From Octopus bimaculoides (lineage: Eukaryota): 64,000 nucleotides of DNA. Below, in pieces: positions 39,425-52,052 of this stretch. The number at the start of each line of letters is the position of its first letter. The first letter of the stretch is position 1. The notes under the pieces are model-generated. The model made no database searches. It worked only from the letters and a program-made list of their open reading frames with translations, and was not told the DNA's origin. Made by a program: the position numbers and the translations under genes. The stretch covers positions 61,498,867 to 61,562,866 of the forward strand of contig NC_068982.1 of NCBI RefSeq assembly GCF_001194135.2. Reading direction: 5' to 3'.

Positions 39425-39754
39425 TTCTCTCTCTGTGAAAGTATCTGTCACTACAGTATCGAAATGTGATTGTTTCAGTTAGTGGAATAGTTTCATTTTT
39501 AAAGTGAAAGTATTTGACATGAGTGTTTTTGTTTCACTTTTGACACGTAATACTTAAATAGTGGAGGAGATATTATGTTGCCGTGTGCTCGAACTCTGCA
39601 AGAAGTTAATAATTTTTTTTTACTAAAACACAACTGGAACCCTAAATAAGGCATGTGTAAAATTTGAATGAAATTGGTTGCGTAGTTCTTGAGTTTTAGG
39701 GATTCACACAGACAGAGAGACAGACAGACACATTCTCATTTTTATATATATAGA
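38195..39754 (-). mobile_element. Non-autonomous Helitron-like element (spans the gap)
   Basis: minus-strand 5' end a|TCtatatatataaaaatgagaatgtgtctgtc at 39754; 3' end cccggGCAACGccggg hairpin (38207-38222), 8 nt, then CTAG|t at 38195; a second TC-start at 38285. Confidence 0.7.
38526..39382. other. Assembly gap (857 N)
   Basis: run of N. Confidence 1.
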
Positions 39755-40160
39755 TAAGAAGGAGATAAGTTGTGAAATAATGGTGCTGTATGATAGACTA
39801 TAAGAAAATTATAGTTTGAATCTCTTTTTCTCTTTCTTTCTCAGTAACACACACCTATTATGTTGCAACATTGTCCCTTTTAAACTGTGTAATGGTCACC
39901 AATTTATGATTGGTTCCTATTGTAATTAGTAAGCTATTATCAAAATTTGTATAGCAATTACATTAGCAATGTGAATGGTATGTAAAATCGAATATTGAAA
40001 ATTTGTCATTTTAAGGAAGGCTTGAAAAAAAATCCAATTTAGACTAATTTGAGAAGCAACATATCTCAGTCAGGAATTAGCAGATCTTCTAATGAGTGAT
40101 GTATTTGTTTATACCCACTAATTAGAAGAGTCAAACAAATGATGACACAACAAACTTTAA

Positions 40161-40379
40161 CCCTTTTGTTACCATGTTTATGTTGACATATGCTGCTTTT
40201 GTTTCAGTTAATTAATTTTGAAGATAATGAAGAATTTAGTAAAATAACTTTCTCATTATTAAGTTGGAGTCTGGAACAGATTAGCATAAAATGTTGATGG
40301 AAGATTATAATTTAGCCAACTTTAAAAGTTTCTGTCATAGAACTCTAGACGATCTCAAGCAGGTTTGGTATCAAAAAGG
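40161..40379. mobile_element. piggyBac-type MITE (TTAA-CCC termini)
   Basis: ttaa|cccttttgttacc...tatcaaaaagg|ttaa; related copies at about 13700-13960, 53380-53520 and 59498-59701. Confidence 0.6.
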
Positions 40380-40730
40380 TTAAGGGAGACAAGGCCAAGT
40401 AAATGTATTGGAAGTATCACACTAAGTTTTATATAAACTGTTTTGATCTCTTAATGGATTCAAAATCTATTTCAACTTGGAATTTATTATACAGAACTAT
40501 GAAAATTTTTATTTCTGATTTTGTGTAAAAATATATTTATTCATGTGTAATCATGCTTATGATAAAATATTATTGTTGATATTTCAACCAAATTTGTTAT
40601 TTGCTTATCTTCCCTACATCACACGTGTATATACAATGACTTCTGTCTATGCTATTTTCAGCAATTTTAAGGATAGAGAATTGTTTAACATTATTTTTCC
40701 TTGGAATATTTCCAGATTTTCCATTGAATA

Positions 40731-40999
40731 ATGTCTCGACTTGGTGGCAACAACCTCAGTCCTGCCACTAGTTGTGGTAATTCTGCTCCAGGCTCTGGTA
40801 ACACATCAAATTACTATGGCACAAGCCTCCGTGAGAAGATGAAACAAATGTCCAGACAGGAGCAAATCATTGAAGAAAAGAAGCGCAAAATACAACAAAA
40901 GCTAGAAGATGAAATGAAAAATCTGTCTTCTGAGACGAGATCAGATTCTAGTGGTTCTGCTCCTGGAATTAACCCTGCTAATAAATTAAAATCAAAACT
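40731..40999 (+). CDS. SUGP1: SURP and G-patch domain-containing protein 1, first coding exon (exon begins at 40716)
   Basis: tttccag|; in-frame TGA 6 nt upstream fixes the ATG; QEQIIEEKKRKIQQKLEDE matches human SUGP1 QEELIAQKKREIEAKME; donor ct|gtaagt. Confidence 0.9.
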
Positions 41000-41936
41000 G
41001 TAAGTTGACATTTTAGGAGTTGTATGACCATTTTTCCTTTTATTTCAATTTATCAATAACATTCAACTTTTTTTATGAATTCAACTGTGTTTTAAAAATT
41101 AATATTTGTTTGGCACAAATTTTATAGTTTTGTGATCAGAACCATTGACCATGATCACAATTTTCTTTTGTTGGCTAGAACAGTGTGTTCTTCCCTTTAT
41201 AAGGTAAATAGAGGAGAATTTGGCTTCTACATTTGAGATGAGTGACTATGTAAAACCAACTTTGTTGAGTTGTTACTGTTTTGAAGGAATTAATTGCAGT
41301 TCCTCTGAAAACATTCAAAAGGAATTTCAAAAATGTTTACATTTGTATTCTTTTCTTTGCTAATGTATAGGTGCTAGTCACAGCCAACTGATTAGAAACA
41401 GTAAAAGAGTACCATGGCTTGATTCTACCATTTCAAATGTTTACTGTTTGAATTGGATCTTTTACAACAAATGTAAATTGAAATGCCACCTACTTAGCTT
41501 TTCTTGGCTCTTAATCAACCAATCATTTGTGTTTATATCATGAAGGAAACCAACTCTTCAATCCCTTGTTCTAGGATTTGCTTGTTTCAGGATATTGGCT
41601 GTGATAATCTGCTTTTGAAATTTCCATCTCGGGGAGAACTACTCTGTAGATGAATTGTCTTGAATTTCAGAATGCTATATAGTTTGAAAGTAGTAATGTT
41701 TTCCGCTTGACATGATTTATGATTTAGTGCTTATAAATTCACTGTTTTGATAATGTTTTTTATAATAAAGTGTTTATAATCATTCATGATAGAGTAGTCT
41801 TAATAATTGACACTCCTCCACTGCCAATTCTTTCTGTGTCTGTATCTATGCTTGTGTAAACACATATACTTTGTATATTTGTATGTACTGTGCTGCATAT
41901 ATATGAATGTATGTATTTTACTTTTCTTTTCATAAG

Positions 41937-42115
41937 ATTTGGTAAAAGACCATCTTTACTGAAAAAGTACACAGACTTGAAAAAGCCCAAAGTTGAAATC
42001 GACGGTTTACCAACTGTGTCTCCACTCAACCCTGTAGTTACCACAGCCAGTCAGGATATGTTTGTCAATGATGGCAGCTTTCTGGAAAGGTTCAAGAAAC
42101 TTCAGGGACTTGTGC
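41937..42115 (+). CDS. SUGP1: SUGP1 coding exon 2
   Basis: FGKRPSLL...MFVNDGSFLERFKKLQGLV, cf. human KFANDGSFLQQFLKLQ; cataag| ... |gtaagt; phase 2 to 1. Confidence 0.92.
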
Positions 42116-42283
42116 GTAAGTGCTGTACATTTCTCATTCTTGCTGGTAGCCAAATATTGAGGCCAATAATTTTTGAGACTGACAAATATCAGGAAAGTAA
42201 TGGCTGTTGTTAAAATGATAAATGATTAGCCAATAGTATTTGTATAAGATTGTTGATATAGTTACTAGTTTGCAAATTGTTAA

Positions 42284-42850
42284 CCCTGCATTAGTCACTT
42301 CAGATTTCCAAAATGGATAGTCCCTGAGGCCTTAACACATCCCAATACAAAAATGCTTATAGCATTACAATTATGTAAAATATTGTCATACTGCTGAAAA
42401 AAAGTAACATAACAGGCAATCTCTGTCACAATATACATTAAATCAAAACTTGAACTGAAGATATAATTATTTATTGAATGAAAACTATAATAAATGTTTT
42501 GCATAAATATATGTTATAAATTGTAGGTGAAACACAGCAAACCAATAATAGAGAAAAGTTTTATTCATCAAAAATAGCCACAATATATTTCCATGAATTG
42601 AAATGGAGGGAAAAATCAATGTGAGCTCATTATACAGCCATTACCATTCACTCTGATTGACTACTGGTTGAAGACAAGCAAAGTCTGCCTCCCACAACAA
42701 CTGAGCTACAATTGTGCCACTGCACAGTTGCACACCCTCACTGATTCAGGAGAGTAGTGGGAGGGCACAGAAGAAAAAAAGTTGCCAACTAGGAAGTATG
42801 AGCACTTAAAGTTTTGGTGTAACAAAATATCCCATGTGACTAATGCAGGG
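42284..42850. mobile_element. piggyBac-type non-autonomous element
   Basis: perfect 15-bp TIRs ccctgcattagtcac/gtgactaatgcaggg, each flanked by TTAA. Confidence 0.8.
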
Positions 42851-45090
42851 TTAAAAAATAACTGTTCAGCTATAATTAACTCTTGGTGACCTTGTAAAAG
42901 AAACAGCTATTTAATTTTCAGAGATTAAATACTCTAGATTTGCTTTCCATAACATACTCAAGATACAAATATGTTCTAATGATAGTAAATGAATAGACAT
43001 GACTTAGAAGTGTGATCCTTATGGGTGTTTTCTCATGTGTTCATTATATAATGTAAGAGCTGGTTTTGTATTTGATTATTTTTTTTATGAATATCTTTTA
43101 AGCATCTTTTATTCTATCATTTAGAGTACAATTAATAGATTGATTACAATGTAACACACATTCCAAATACCTTGTGCAAGATATAGATGTAATTTACATA
43201 CCTATGCAAACATGGTTGTATGGAGTTTGCTTTGTAAACACATGGTTTCACGTTCTATCTTACTGTGTGGCACCTTAAGCGAATATTTTTTATGTGGCCT
43301 TGGACTAACCACTGCTTTGTTAGTGGAATTGGTAGATTTTTACTTGTATACATATATATATGATGGGCTTCCATCATATGTATATGCGTGTGCATGTGTG
43401 TCTGTATGTCTGCTTAAATTTTGCATTGTGCATGAAACCTTTTGAACAAAAAATGACATGTTAACATTTCCCTAGCTTCGTGCTTTTAAAGAAAAGGGGA
43501 ATTAAGATGTAAAGGTTAATGACAGGAAGGGTGCTGGGTATAAAGTAATACTTCATTAAATCTCTGTTAGTATGGAAAAAAGACAAATGAACTGAATGAT
43601 GTATGTTATACAGATTATTCACTTTGAAAATGTGCATTAATGTGTAGAAAGTATTCTTTGCAATATAGGTAACATAGAATTCAGATGAATTGAAACAGAT
43701 TTTATTTTGTGGAAAACAGCGAATGCCAACGTTTTAAGACTTCAAAGTCAGAGAAATGAATTCCATTCTTTTGATCAGGAATGTTAAATGTAATAAAGAA
43801 ATGCTAATTAAAACCCATTTCATGTGTTCAGTGAACTGGATCCCTCTAAATCTGTAATTTAGTTTGAAATGAAATGAAATATGTATAATACCAACAATGA
43901 AACATTCAGGTTTCACCTTAATGAGATAATCACTAATTACCTCTTATCTAGATTCATCCCTCAAGTAGCAAAATTTGATACACATATGTCACATTAAAAA
44001 TGAAAATGAGATTGTATTTATTCAATTTAATGTCATCAGCAGTATCATTTCTCTATTGCTGGCAGGCAGTTGAGTTTGTCATCCATTTTGTTGAAATTGC
44101 AGGCATCCTATTTCTCCTGGCTGTTTTGTCTGGCATTCTTTTATAGTTGATTTCATTGTGTTGTTGAAATCGCTCCCATTATTGTTAGTACTACTAATAT
44201 TACTGTTTGTTGAAGATATGCTAATGGCAGTGTTGGTGTAGCATCAAAAGAAGTCTTGGGTATTTTTGACCAATGGAAAAAATATATGAAAAGTTGTTGA
44301 AATATTGCATGAAGCTATCACATCAGAAGAATGTGTGTTTGAATTTGATTGGTCAACAATCTAAAGAATGGAAATTTGTGCTTTGTAGAAAATACAGAAG
44401 ATGAATTAAAATTTTGAATGGTAGACTTACTCCATTTTTCAGTTTAATGCCTACTCCTTAGATACCTTTTGGAGAGTCCACTCTGTTATAAGCATTCAGG
44501 CCACCTCTCCTATATGAAGGTTACTTCCTCTCACTGGTTACATAAGTCCTCTTGTAAGCTATTAATAAAAATTTTATTTTCTTAAAAATACTGAATGTGA
44601 ATATATCTTCTTGCTACTAGTTGTTGTTGATCATCCTGAATGGCAAGTAGAATGCTATAGATAATTGAAAGAAAGAAAAATTGTTTGTTTCGGGCTTATG
44701 GAAAGTTAGGCCTGGCTAGGTAAGCCATGTCACCCCAAAGATAGGTCATTGTTATTGAGTAAAATGTAGGTGTTCAATGAACGCATTCTTCTACTGTGAG
44801 TGTTGTGAAAGAATGATAAATTACATCAAATGTAATATAAGAAAGTTAACTCTGAGGAGTTGAAAAGTGTGTGTTTGTAGATAGCTAGTAAATGTTTATA
44901 TGTTTGTGTTTATGCTGGTGCATATGCTACAGAATTCATATTGTTTTTTGTTTTTTTTAAAGATTCCTGATATGCTATCTACATGATTAGTTTTACACTA
45001 TTATCATCTTAAAGGACATAGAACAATATTTCAGTATATTTTAACAATATGTCATACTCAGTTTTAAATATGTATTTTCTTTTCGTCTAG

Positions 45091-45492
45091 CTTCTCAGCA
45101 AAGCGATTCTGTATCAAAAACTGGACCACAAGAAGAAAAACCTCAAAGTGTGACTCAAGTGCCTTGCTCATCTTCAATACAATCTCAGTGTTCAGTAACC
45201 AAATCTGCCACCTCAACTATTGCATCCCATCCAACACCACTTCTACCAACCCCTTCTACGTTATCTGCTGTAAAAATACCAAACTCTTCAGTTACACCAG
45301 TTATTGGATTATCTTCATCATCTAATTCTCATTCTTCTACCACCATTCCTTCTCCTCCATCTGGTTCCAGCTGTAAATCTTATAAGCTTTCTAATTCAAA
45401 TGCTTTAACTCTCAGTACGTCATCGATCTCTTCAGTGGAAGACGAAGATGATAAATATGATCCAACTTCACCAACTGAAGATCTCAGTCCAG
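45091..45492 (+). CDS. SUGP1: SUGP1 coding exon 3 (Ser/Pro/Thr-rich low complexity)
   Basis: ttttcgtctag| ... g|gtgaga; 402 nt open, phase 1 to 1; ends VEDEDDKYDPTSPTEDLSP. Confidence 0.85.
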
Positions 45493-46445
45493 GTGAGATA
45501 TCACTCTTGATATAACTTCATATTTTATATGAGTGTGTGTATATGTATTATCATCATCATCAATGCCTGTTGTCCATACTGGCCTGGGCTGGACAGTTTG
45601 TCCAGGGCTGGAAGGCTGCACCAGACTCCAGTCTGATTTGGCATGGTTTCTACAGCTGGATGCCCTTCCTAACACCAATGCCAACCACTCTAAGCGTGTA
45701 ATGGGTGCTTTTACGAGCCACCTGCATGACACCAGTATCTGCCATGACTGATTTTACTTGGCTGTGTGGTAAGAAGCTTGCTTCCTAACTACATGGTTCT
45801 GGGTTCAGCCCCACTGTGTAGCACCTTGGACAAGTGTCTTCTAATATAGCCTTGGGCCAACCAAAGCCTTATGAGTAGATTTGGTAGACAGAAACTGAAA
45901 GAAGCCCTTTGTGTGTGTGGCACAGGCATGGCTGTAAGGCTAAGAAGGTTACTTCCCAACTACATGGTTTATTGTTCAATCCCATTGCATAGCACCTTAG
46001 GCAAGTGTCTTCAACTGTAGTTCTGGACCAACCAAAATAAGAATAAACAAAAAGATGTTTAAAATATACATAGAATTTTTTCTTAGTTATTTGTATATTC
46101 ACTCTTCCACTAACAATTGAATCGATTCAATTGTTTATTTTTATTTTCCTTTAAATCTCACCTTCTGAAGAGTACAAATTCGACCTTTATGATGTTCTCT
46201 TTATGGAAATCTTGGTCCTTTTGTCAGAAACAATTGTCTGGGAATATGAAATAAAAGGATAATCCATTTTAACATCCAATCTGCTTCATTTCAGTTATTT
46301 GATGAAATTTATTGAACTTAGTTTAAAAAATTATTATATTGATTATTTATTTATTTCATAATATTAAAAATGATAAAATCGTGAAAATTCTAAATGTGTC
46401 TGCATATTTTCTTTATTCTGAATTCATTTGTAATTTATTTTGCAG

Positions 46446-46563
46446 TAAAGCTTCAGCCAACAAGTGGACGGAAAGAAAACCTGTCTCACAACACTGATGA
46501 CAGTGAACACAGCTCTGTTGCAGCAGAAACAGAGAAACAAAAGAATTTTGAAATTACATCAAA
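46446..46563 (+). CDS. SUGP1: SUGP1 coding exon 4
   Basis: ttttgcag| VKLQPTSGRKENLSH...NFEITS |gtaagc; phase 1 to 2. Confidence 0.8.
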
Positions 46564-46817
46564 GTAAGCTGATTTGCTTAAATATTTTTTATATAATAAC
46601 CTATACCCTTTACTGGTTAATTAAGAATTTAAAGTGTTTTGGCATGAGGTAAATATTTAGAACTATTAAATGGAGGCAAGTTGTGATATTTTGAAGACAT
46701 TATCTTCAATAGTAAAACATTTAAAGATCAATGGTAGTATCTACTTTTCATTGACAAGAAACTATAACGATACATTGTATTGTCCCACAGGATGTGTTGA
46801 AGAGCTATATATATATA

Positions 46818-47033
46818 TATATCTGCTGTATTCTCTGAGTTCAGGGACAACTGTGCAATAGTCTTGTAAACTATATCTGCTGTATTCTCTGAGTTCAGGG
46901 ACAACTGTGCAATAGTCTTATAAACTATATCTGCTGTACTCTCTGAGTTCAGGGACAACTGTGCAATAGTCTTGTAAACTATATCTGCTGTATTCTCTGA
47001 GTTCAGGGACAACTGTGCAATAGTCTTGTAAAC
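46818..47033. repeat. Minisatellite, 54 bp x 4
   Basis: unit tatatctgctgtattctctgagttcagggacaactgtgcaatagtcttgtaaac; only two substitutions across the copies. Confidence 0.95.
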
Positions 47034-47816
47034 AAGTATACATTAATGGTGTCACACCATGACCACTTAAGCAGAATTAGATTCTACTTCAAAATAGATC
47101 TTCCTTCATAGTATTCATGTTATATTGTGTAAACGTCTTACCTGCATATGCACAAATTTGTTGGCAGAAGTATTTAAAAAAATTCATTTTCTAATACAAA
47201 ATGATGACAAAAACCTGAACCATGCATACTAAAGGTAAAAGGTTGAGATGCCACTTTGAAAATACTGAAGAATATGTAAATTCTAGTGCTGAGAATTTGT
47301 CAGAAAATTTAGCAAGGGATTGGTAAAAGTATAATCACTGAAATGCCAAAAACAAAACCTGCTATGATATTCTGTCTCCCTGTATGGTGACAAAATCTTT
47401 TAAATAAAAATGACATTTGTAATGCAATGAATAGAACAGGACATAAATGGATACAACAGAGACTTTTAGGGTAAGAGGATAAGTGTTCAGTGCAGACAGT
47501 TTCACTCTAGCAGAAAAGGATTATTATCTCTGATGGTGATAAAATTTTGTGTGAGAGTGGAGGGACAGCAATTTTTAGGATGTGGTGATGATTGAGTGTT
47601 GATTGTTACCTGTAATTCTTTAAACTCATGAAACCATTTTGCGGATATTAAAAATTTATTTATAATGAAGTTTATTGAGATCCATTTGTAAATGACTTTC
47701 GCTGTAACAGACTTGTGTGTGTGTATACACACATATACATATAGACACACTTTCTGTATGTGCAGTTTACTATTAGCTAGCTGTAAATTCAATGCCCATT
47801 AAATGCTGCATATATT

Positions 47817-48188
47817 ACTCTTTTACTTGTTTCAGTCATTTGACTGCAGCCATGCTGGAGCACTGCCTTTAGTCTAGCAAATCGACCCCAGGACTTATTC
47901 TTTGTAAGCCTAGTACTTATTCTATTGGTCACTTTTGCCGAACAGCTAAGTTACGGGGACGTAAACACACCACCATCGATTGTCAAGCGATGTTAAGGGG
48001 ACAAACATACACACACACACACTTATATACAACGGGCTTCTTTCAGTTTCCGTCTACCAAATCCACTCACAAGGTTTTGGTTGGCCCAAGGCTATTATAG
48101 AAGACACTTGCCCAAAGTGCCACGCAGTGGAAATGAACCCGAAACCATGTGGTTGGTAAACAAGCTACTTACCACACAGCCACTCCTG
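47817..48188 (-). mobile_element. SINE family B, full length, antisense in an intron
   Basis: reverse complement of the 32666 and 60115 copies. Confidence 0.9.
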
Positions 48189-48515
48189 AGGAATAATAAT
48201 TTTAAAACCTTTGGTTCTGAGATTTTTTTCCATACTGTATTGACATGATTAGGATTATTTCAGGTAAAATGCAACTGCAAACCAATTTGCCAACAGTATT
48301 TAAATTAAGCAACAATTGACTTAGGTATGGGTCAGTAACAAAGAAATAATAGAATTCATAAGCATAAAACAGTATGACAACTTAAGATATTTTACATTAG
48401 TGGATGCCAATTTGTAAGTTTTAACAGCAGATTACAATGATGCTAATTTACTTTATTATTGCTAGTAACAATCTGATCGTGGATTTTCTCATTTTCATTA
48501 TATTTTCTATGTTAG

Positions 48516-48616
48516 TGTGCCCTCCCAGAATGACTCAAAACAAACTCCAAACAACAGAATAAAGAGCGAGGATGCAGTTTTGAAAAATTTGAAGAAAGAA
48601 GAAAATGAAGAAAGAG
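48516..48616 (+). CDS. SUGP1: SUGP1 coding exon 5
   Basis: ttctatgttag| VPSQNDSKQTPNNRIKSEDAVLKNLKKEENEER |gtattc; phase 2 to 1. Confidence 0.8.
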
Positions 48617-49239
48617 GTATTCCCCTATTCTTCAATGTTTTAGCCCTTAATGGATTTACTTATTTTCTTTAACTTCATAAATTTTCAATAGGAGTTTTGT
48701 TTATTCATTTCAACTATTGATGTTTAAATTTCCAATCTTAAGCTAATTTTTAAGTAAATTAATATTTGATCTTTGTTTGATTTTTCTAATAAATTTAGTT
48801 GTAGTTGAAATATTTTTCTGTAATTGGGAAGTGTAGTAACAGTAAACCTCTGTGACATTAATGATGTATATATTTGCCTTCATTATATGTGTAGAAAGGA
48901 GTATGGATGGGTATGTTTGCCATTTGAATGCCTGGTTAATGTCATTTGTTGTGTGCATGTATACAAACGCTTACTCATTTGTTCTTTTGATTGTTGCTAT
49001 AACTGCTTTGAGATTTAATTTTTTTACATGTTAGGAAATAAAGTTTTAAAGATTAGATGAGGCACAGGCAGCCTTTTTTGAGAAACGGGTTACATGAGAC
49101 AACTCATTATCAGGTGGGCCACACTACTAGAAAAAATTCCAATTATTTTTTCATTAGGCGTATCATTCAGAATGTTCTGCAGGCTGCAGTCTGCCCATGA
49201 CTGATTTTAGTCAAATTTAGACATTATATATATATTATA

Positions 49240-49279
<40 letters not shown>

Positions 49280-49283
<4 letters not shown>

Positions 49284-50552
49284 GTTGTTCCATAAATAAT
49301 GCAGTTTTTTTTTTGTACTTCTTTTAGTTTTAAAAATTTCTTTATTAATCTAAAATATACTCTCCTTCATTTTCTACAATGCTCCTCCATCTATCTGGTA
49401 GACTTGCAAGGCCCTTCTTCCAAAATTCACTTGTCCATGACAAAAAATACTCCTCCAGTACTGTTCTGACCTTGTCAGCAAAATTCATATTTTTTCCATC
49501 CAAATGATTTTGAAGACTGCGGAATAAATGATAATCAGATGAGGCAGTGTCCAGCAAATATGGTCGGTGGGGCTTCGTTTCCCATTCAGACTGCTCTAGC
49601 CTTTGGAATGTCATCCTCGCTGTATGTGGCCAAGCATCCTGATGGAAGAACACCTTTCATCTTGAAACCAAAGATGGTCGTTTTTCTTCTAGCGCTGACT
49701 TAAGCCATTCAAGCTACTCACAGTAGATCTCCTTTCTTATCACTTGGTTTGTGTTTAAAAGTTCAAAGTGGACTAAACCTTTCATATCCCACTAAACAGA
49801 TAACACCATATGTGGGTGAAGACCTTCTTTAGCCTGGGGTGCCAGTGTTTCTCCTTTCCCTACCCACTGTCTTTGGTGCTTGACATTTTTATAGAGAACT
49901 CGTTTCTTGTCACCAGTCACAATTCAGTCCAAAAAAGGTTCATTCATGTGATGTGACAGCACAGAAGAGCACACATTCACTTTCTGCATGCAATTGGTCT
50001 CGGAAAACTTGTGAGGAACCCATTGACCCAATTTGCTAACTTTTCTGATGGCACACAGGTGTCAATGAATAGTTGAATGACCAAATCCAAGCTTCTCTGC
50101 CTGTTCCTCAACAGTTACAATGGGATTTTGTTCCACCAGTGTTTGCAGGGTGTCTTCATTGAACTCTGTAGATCTTCCAGGACGAGGCTTGTCTTCTAGG
50201 TTGTAGTTTCCGGCTCGGAATTTCTGGAACCACCATTGACACTGGCTTACGTTTATTGTCCAATCCCCATATACTGCATTAATATTCCTTGCACTTTCTG
50301 TTGCATTGTTGTCTTTATTGAACTCATAAAACAAAATATGCTGAATATGCTCCTTTGTCACTTTCATTACAGCTTTGAAAAACAACTGTTAACATCGAAT
50401 TGCGCTCTTCAAAACTTGTACTAAGAATAAGGACAGGGTAAAATTACTACCTGCTTTTATAGCAAGTTGATGCAAGTAGTTTATCCCATCCCCCTGACTT
50501 TTAGTTCATGCAATTGAAAAAAAAAAAACGCATTAATTATGAGATGACCCAA
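49280..50552 (-). mobile_element. Full-length mariner transposon (1273 bp), transposase inactivated
   Basis: TA-flanked TIRs ttgggttgttccataaataatgc / ttgggtcatctcataattaatgc; HTH ORF 50062-50385 and DDD ORF 49345-49653 (QDAWPHT, PYLLDTASSDYHLF), broken into pieces. Confidence 0.92.
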
Positions 50553-52052
50553 TACAATCTAAACTTTGCAGACAGAAGAAAAATTGTCCTGAGTCTTAAG
50601 TTTTATTACTATTTAATGATGCAGTTGAAATTTTATTTATGACTTTTCTGTGGTATTCCTAATCTGATTTAACCACCATCATTTAGTTTTTGAGTACCTT
50701 TTGCAGAGTCTTCTCTGTTGTAAACATTCAGACAAGACCTCTAGTTCTCTCTCCATCCATGTTTTTCCTGTAGACATTGAACTGCAGGTGTCAAACTGAA
50801 CATCAGCTGCATCAGTCTCACAAGTCTGAGGAATTGCAAAAGGCGTGAGACTGTTTTTTCTTCTATAAGTAAATTATTATTGGATAAAAGAATATATAAT
50901 GTGAAGGATATTTGTTTTCCCCTTAAGAGTTTTGTTTTGCATTAATAAGTAAAATATCTTTTACTTATAGCGTACAATTTCATTGGAATGAACAGAACCT
51001 ATTAAAGGAAATTTACTTTCACTTAACACATAAAAGTTGTATATAAAGTCACATTTTCAAGTTATACTGATCTTCTGGTTTTGTTTTAAAAAGTCAATCA
51101 TTTTGTTCTGCCTGAGTCATCCATTTTTTCATATTTCTGCTTTTGTTACTTCCCATTTCTATTCCTTAACATTCAACATTAGTACAATGTTCATACTATA
51201 CATAACCATCACTCACAAGTGAGTAATGATCTACTAGCATGTAACAGGATTTCACTAGTAGTTTTAGGTACCTATGTAATCATGAGAGCAGGCAAACACC
51301 TTTTAGGCCCTCTACATATAACCCAACAGAACAACAAGGATGTAGTAGCTGTAGGGGAGAAAAAGAGCTGCACCAGCACTAGATTGGTACTCCTTTTCAG
51401 CTGAGTAAACTCAAGCAACATTAAATGAAATGCCTTGCTCAAAGACATAATGTGCCACCCAGTTCAGGAATCAAACTTATGAACTTAATGACTACAAGCA
51501 AAACATCCTTATCACTAAGTCACACACTCACACATGCACATACTGTTGACAGTTTTTGCTCCTACTATATATTGTTATGGATGATGCATTATTGAGCATA
51601 TTAATGTAATTTATGAAATACAAAAAGTAGCAATTTCATTAACTGGAATTATATAGTTAATCGCTACAATATGTGATTCTATAATTCAACCTAATGATAA
51701 ACTAAAATAATTCTGAAATGTTAATCATCTTCGTTTTCATTTTTTAACGTGGTAGAGAAAATTTAGTTCTTAGCATTGTTGGAATTCCATGTCTAGAGTT
51801 TAAATACAAATAAAAATTATTTGTAGCAATTTTTATTCATTGAAAAATCCTGTTCCATTCCCTCTTTCTTGTCTCAACTGGAAGTCAGCTGGCCTGCTTT
51901 GTTGCTTGCAAGTTTGTGTTTATGAGTGCTTGTTGAAGTGTATGTTAGTGGTATAACAGGGCCACAAGTACCATGTAGTGGTTTGCCGTTTCTGTCACAG
52001 TGGCTAGACTTGGCTGACACTAGGAGGTAAAAGATACTGATAGTGATTGTAG

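Noticed and set aside
38403-39482. Four long ORFs (316-359 aa) in the track
   Set aside because: They consist almost entirely of X from the 857-N gap.
46728-47012. 94-aa ORF with an 18-aa repeat
   Set aside because: It is produced by the 54-bp minisatellite, antisense in an intron, with no homology or splice support.
46818-47033. CRISPR-like array
   Set aside because: Contiguous tandem units with no unique spacers, in eukaryotic DNA with no cas genes.
48617-48625. Donor GTATTCCCT as a U12-type intron explaining the odd acceptor at 52052
   Set aside because: It deviates from GTATCCTT, and no TCCTTAAC-like branch point precedes the acceptor.
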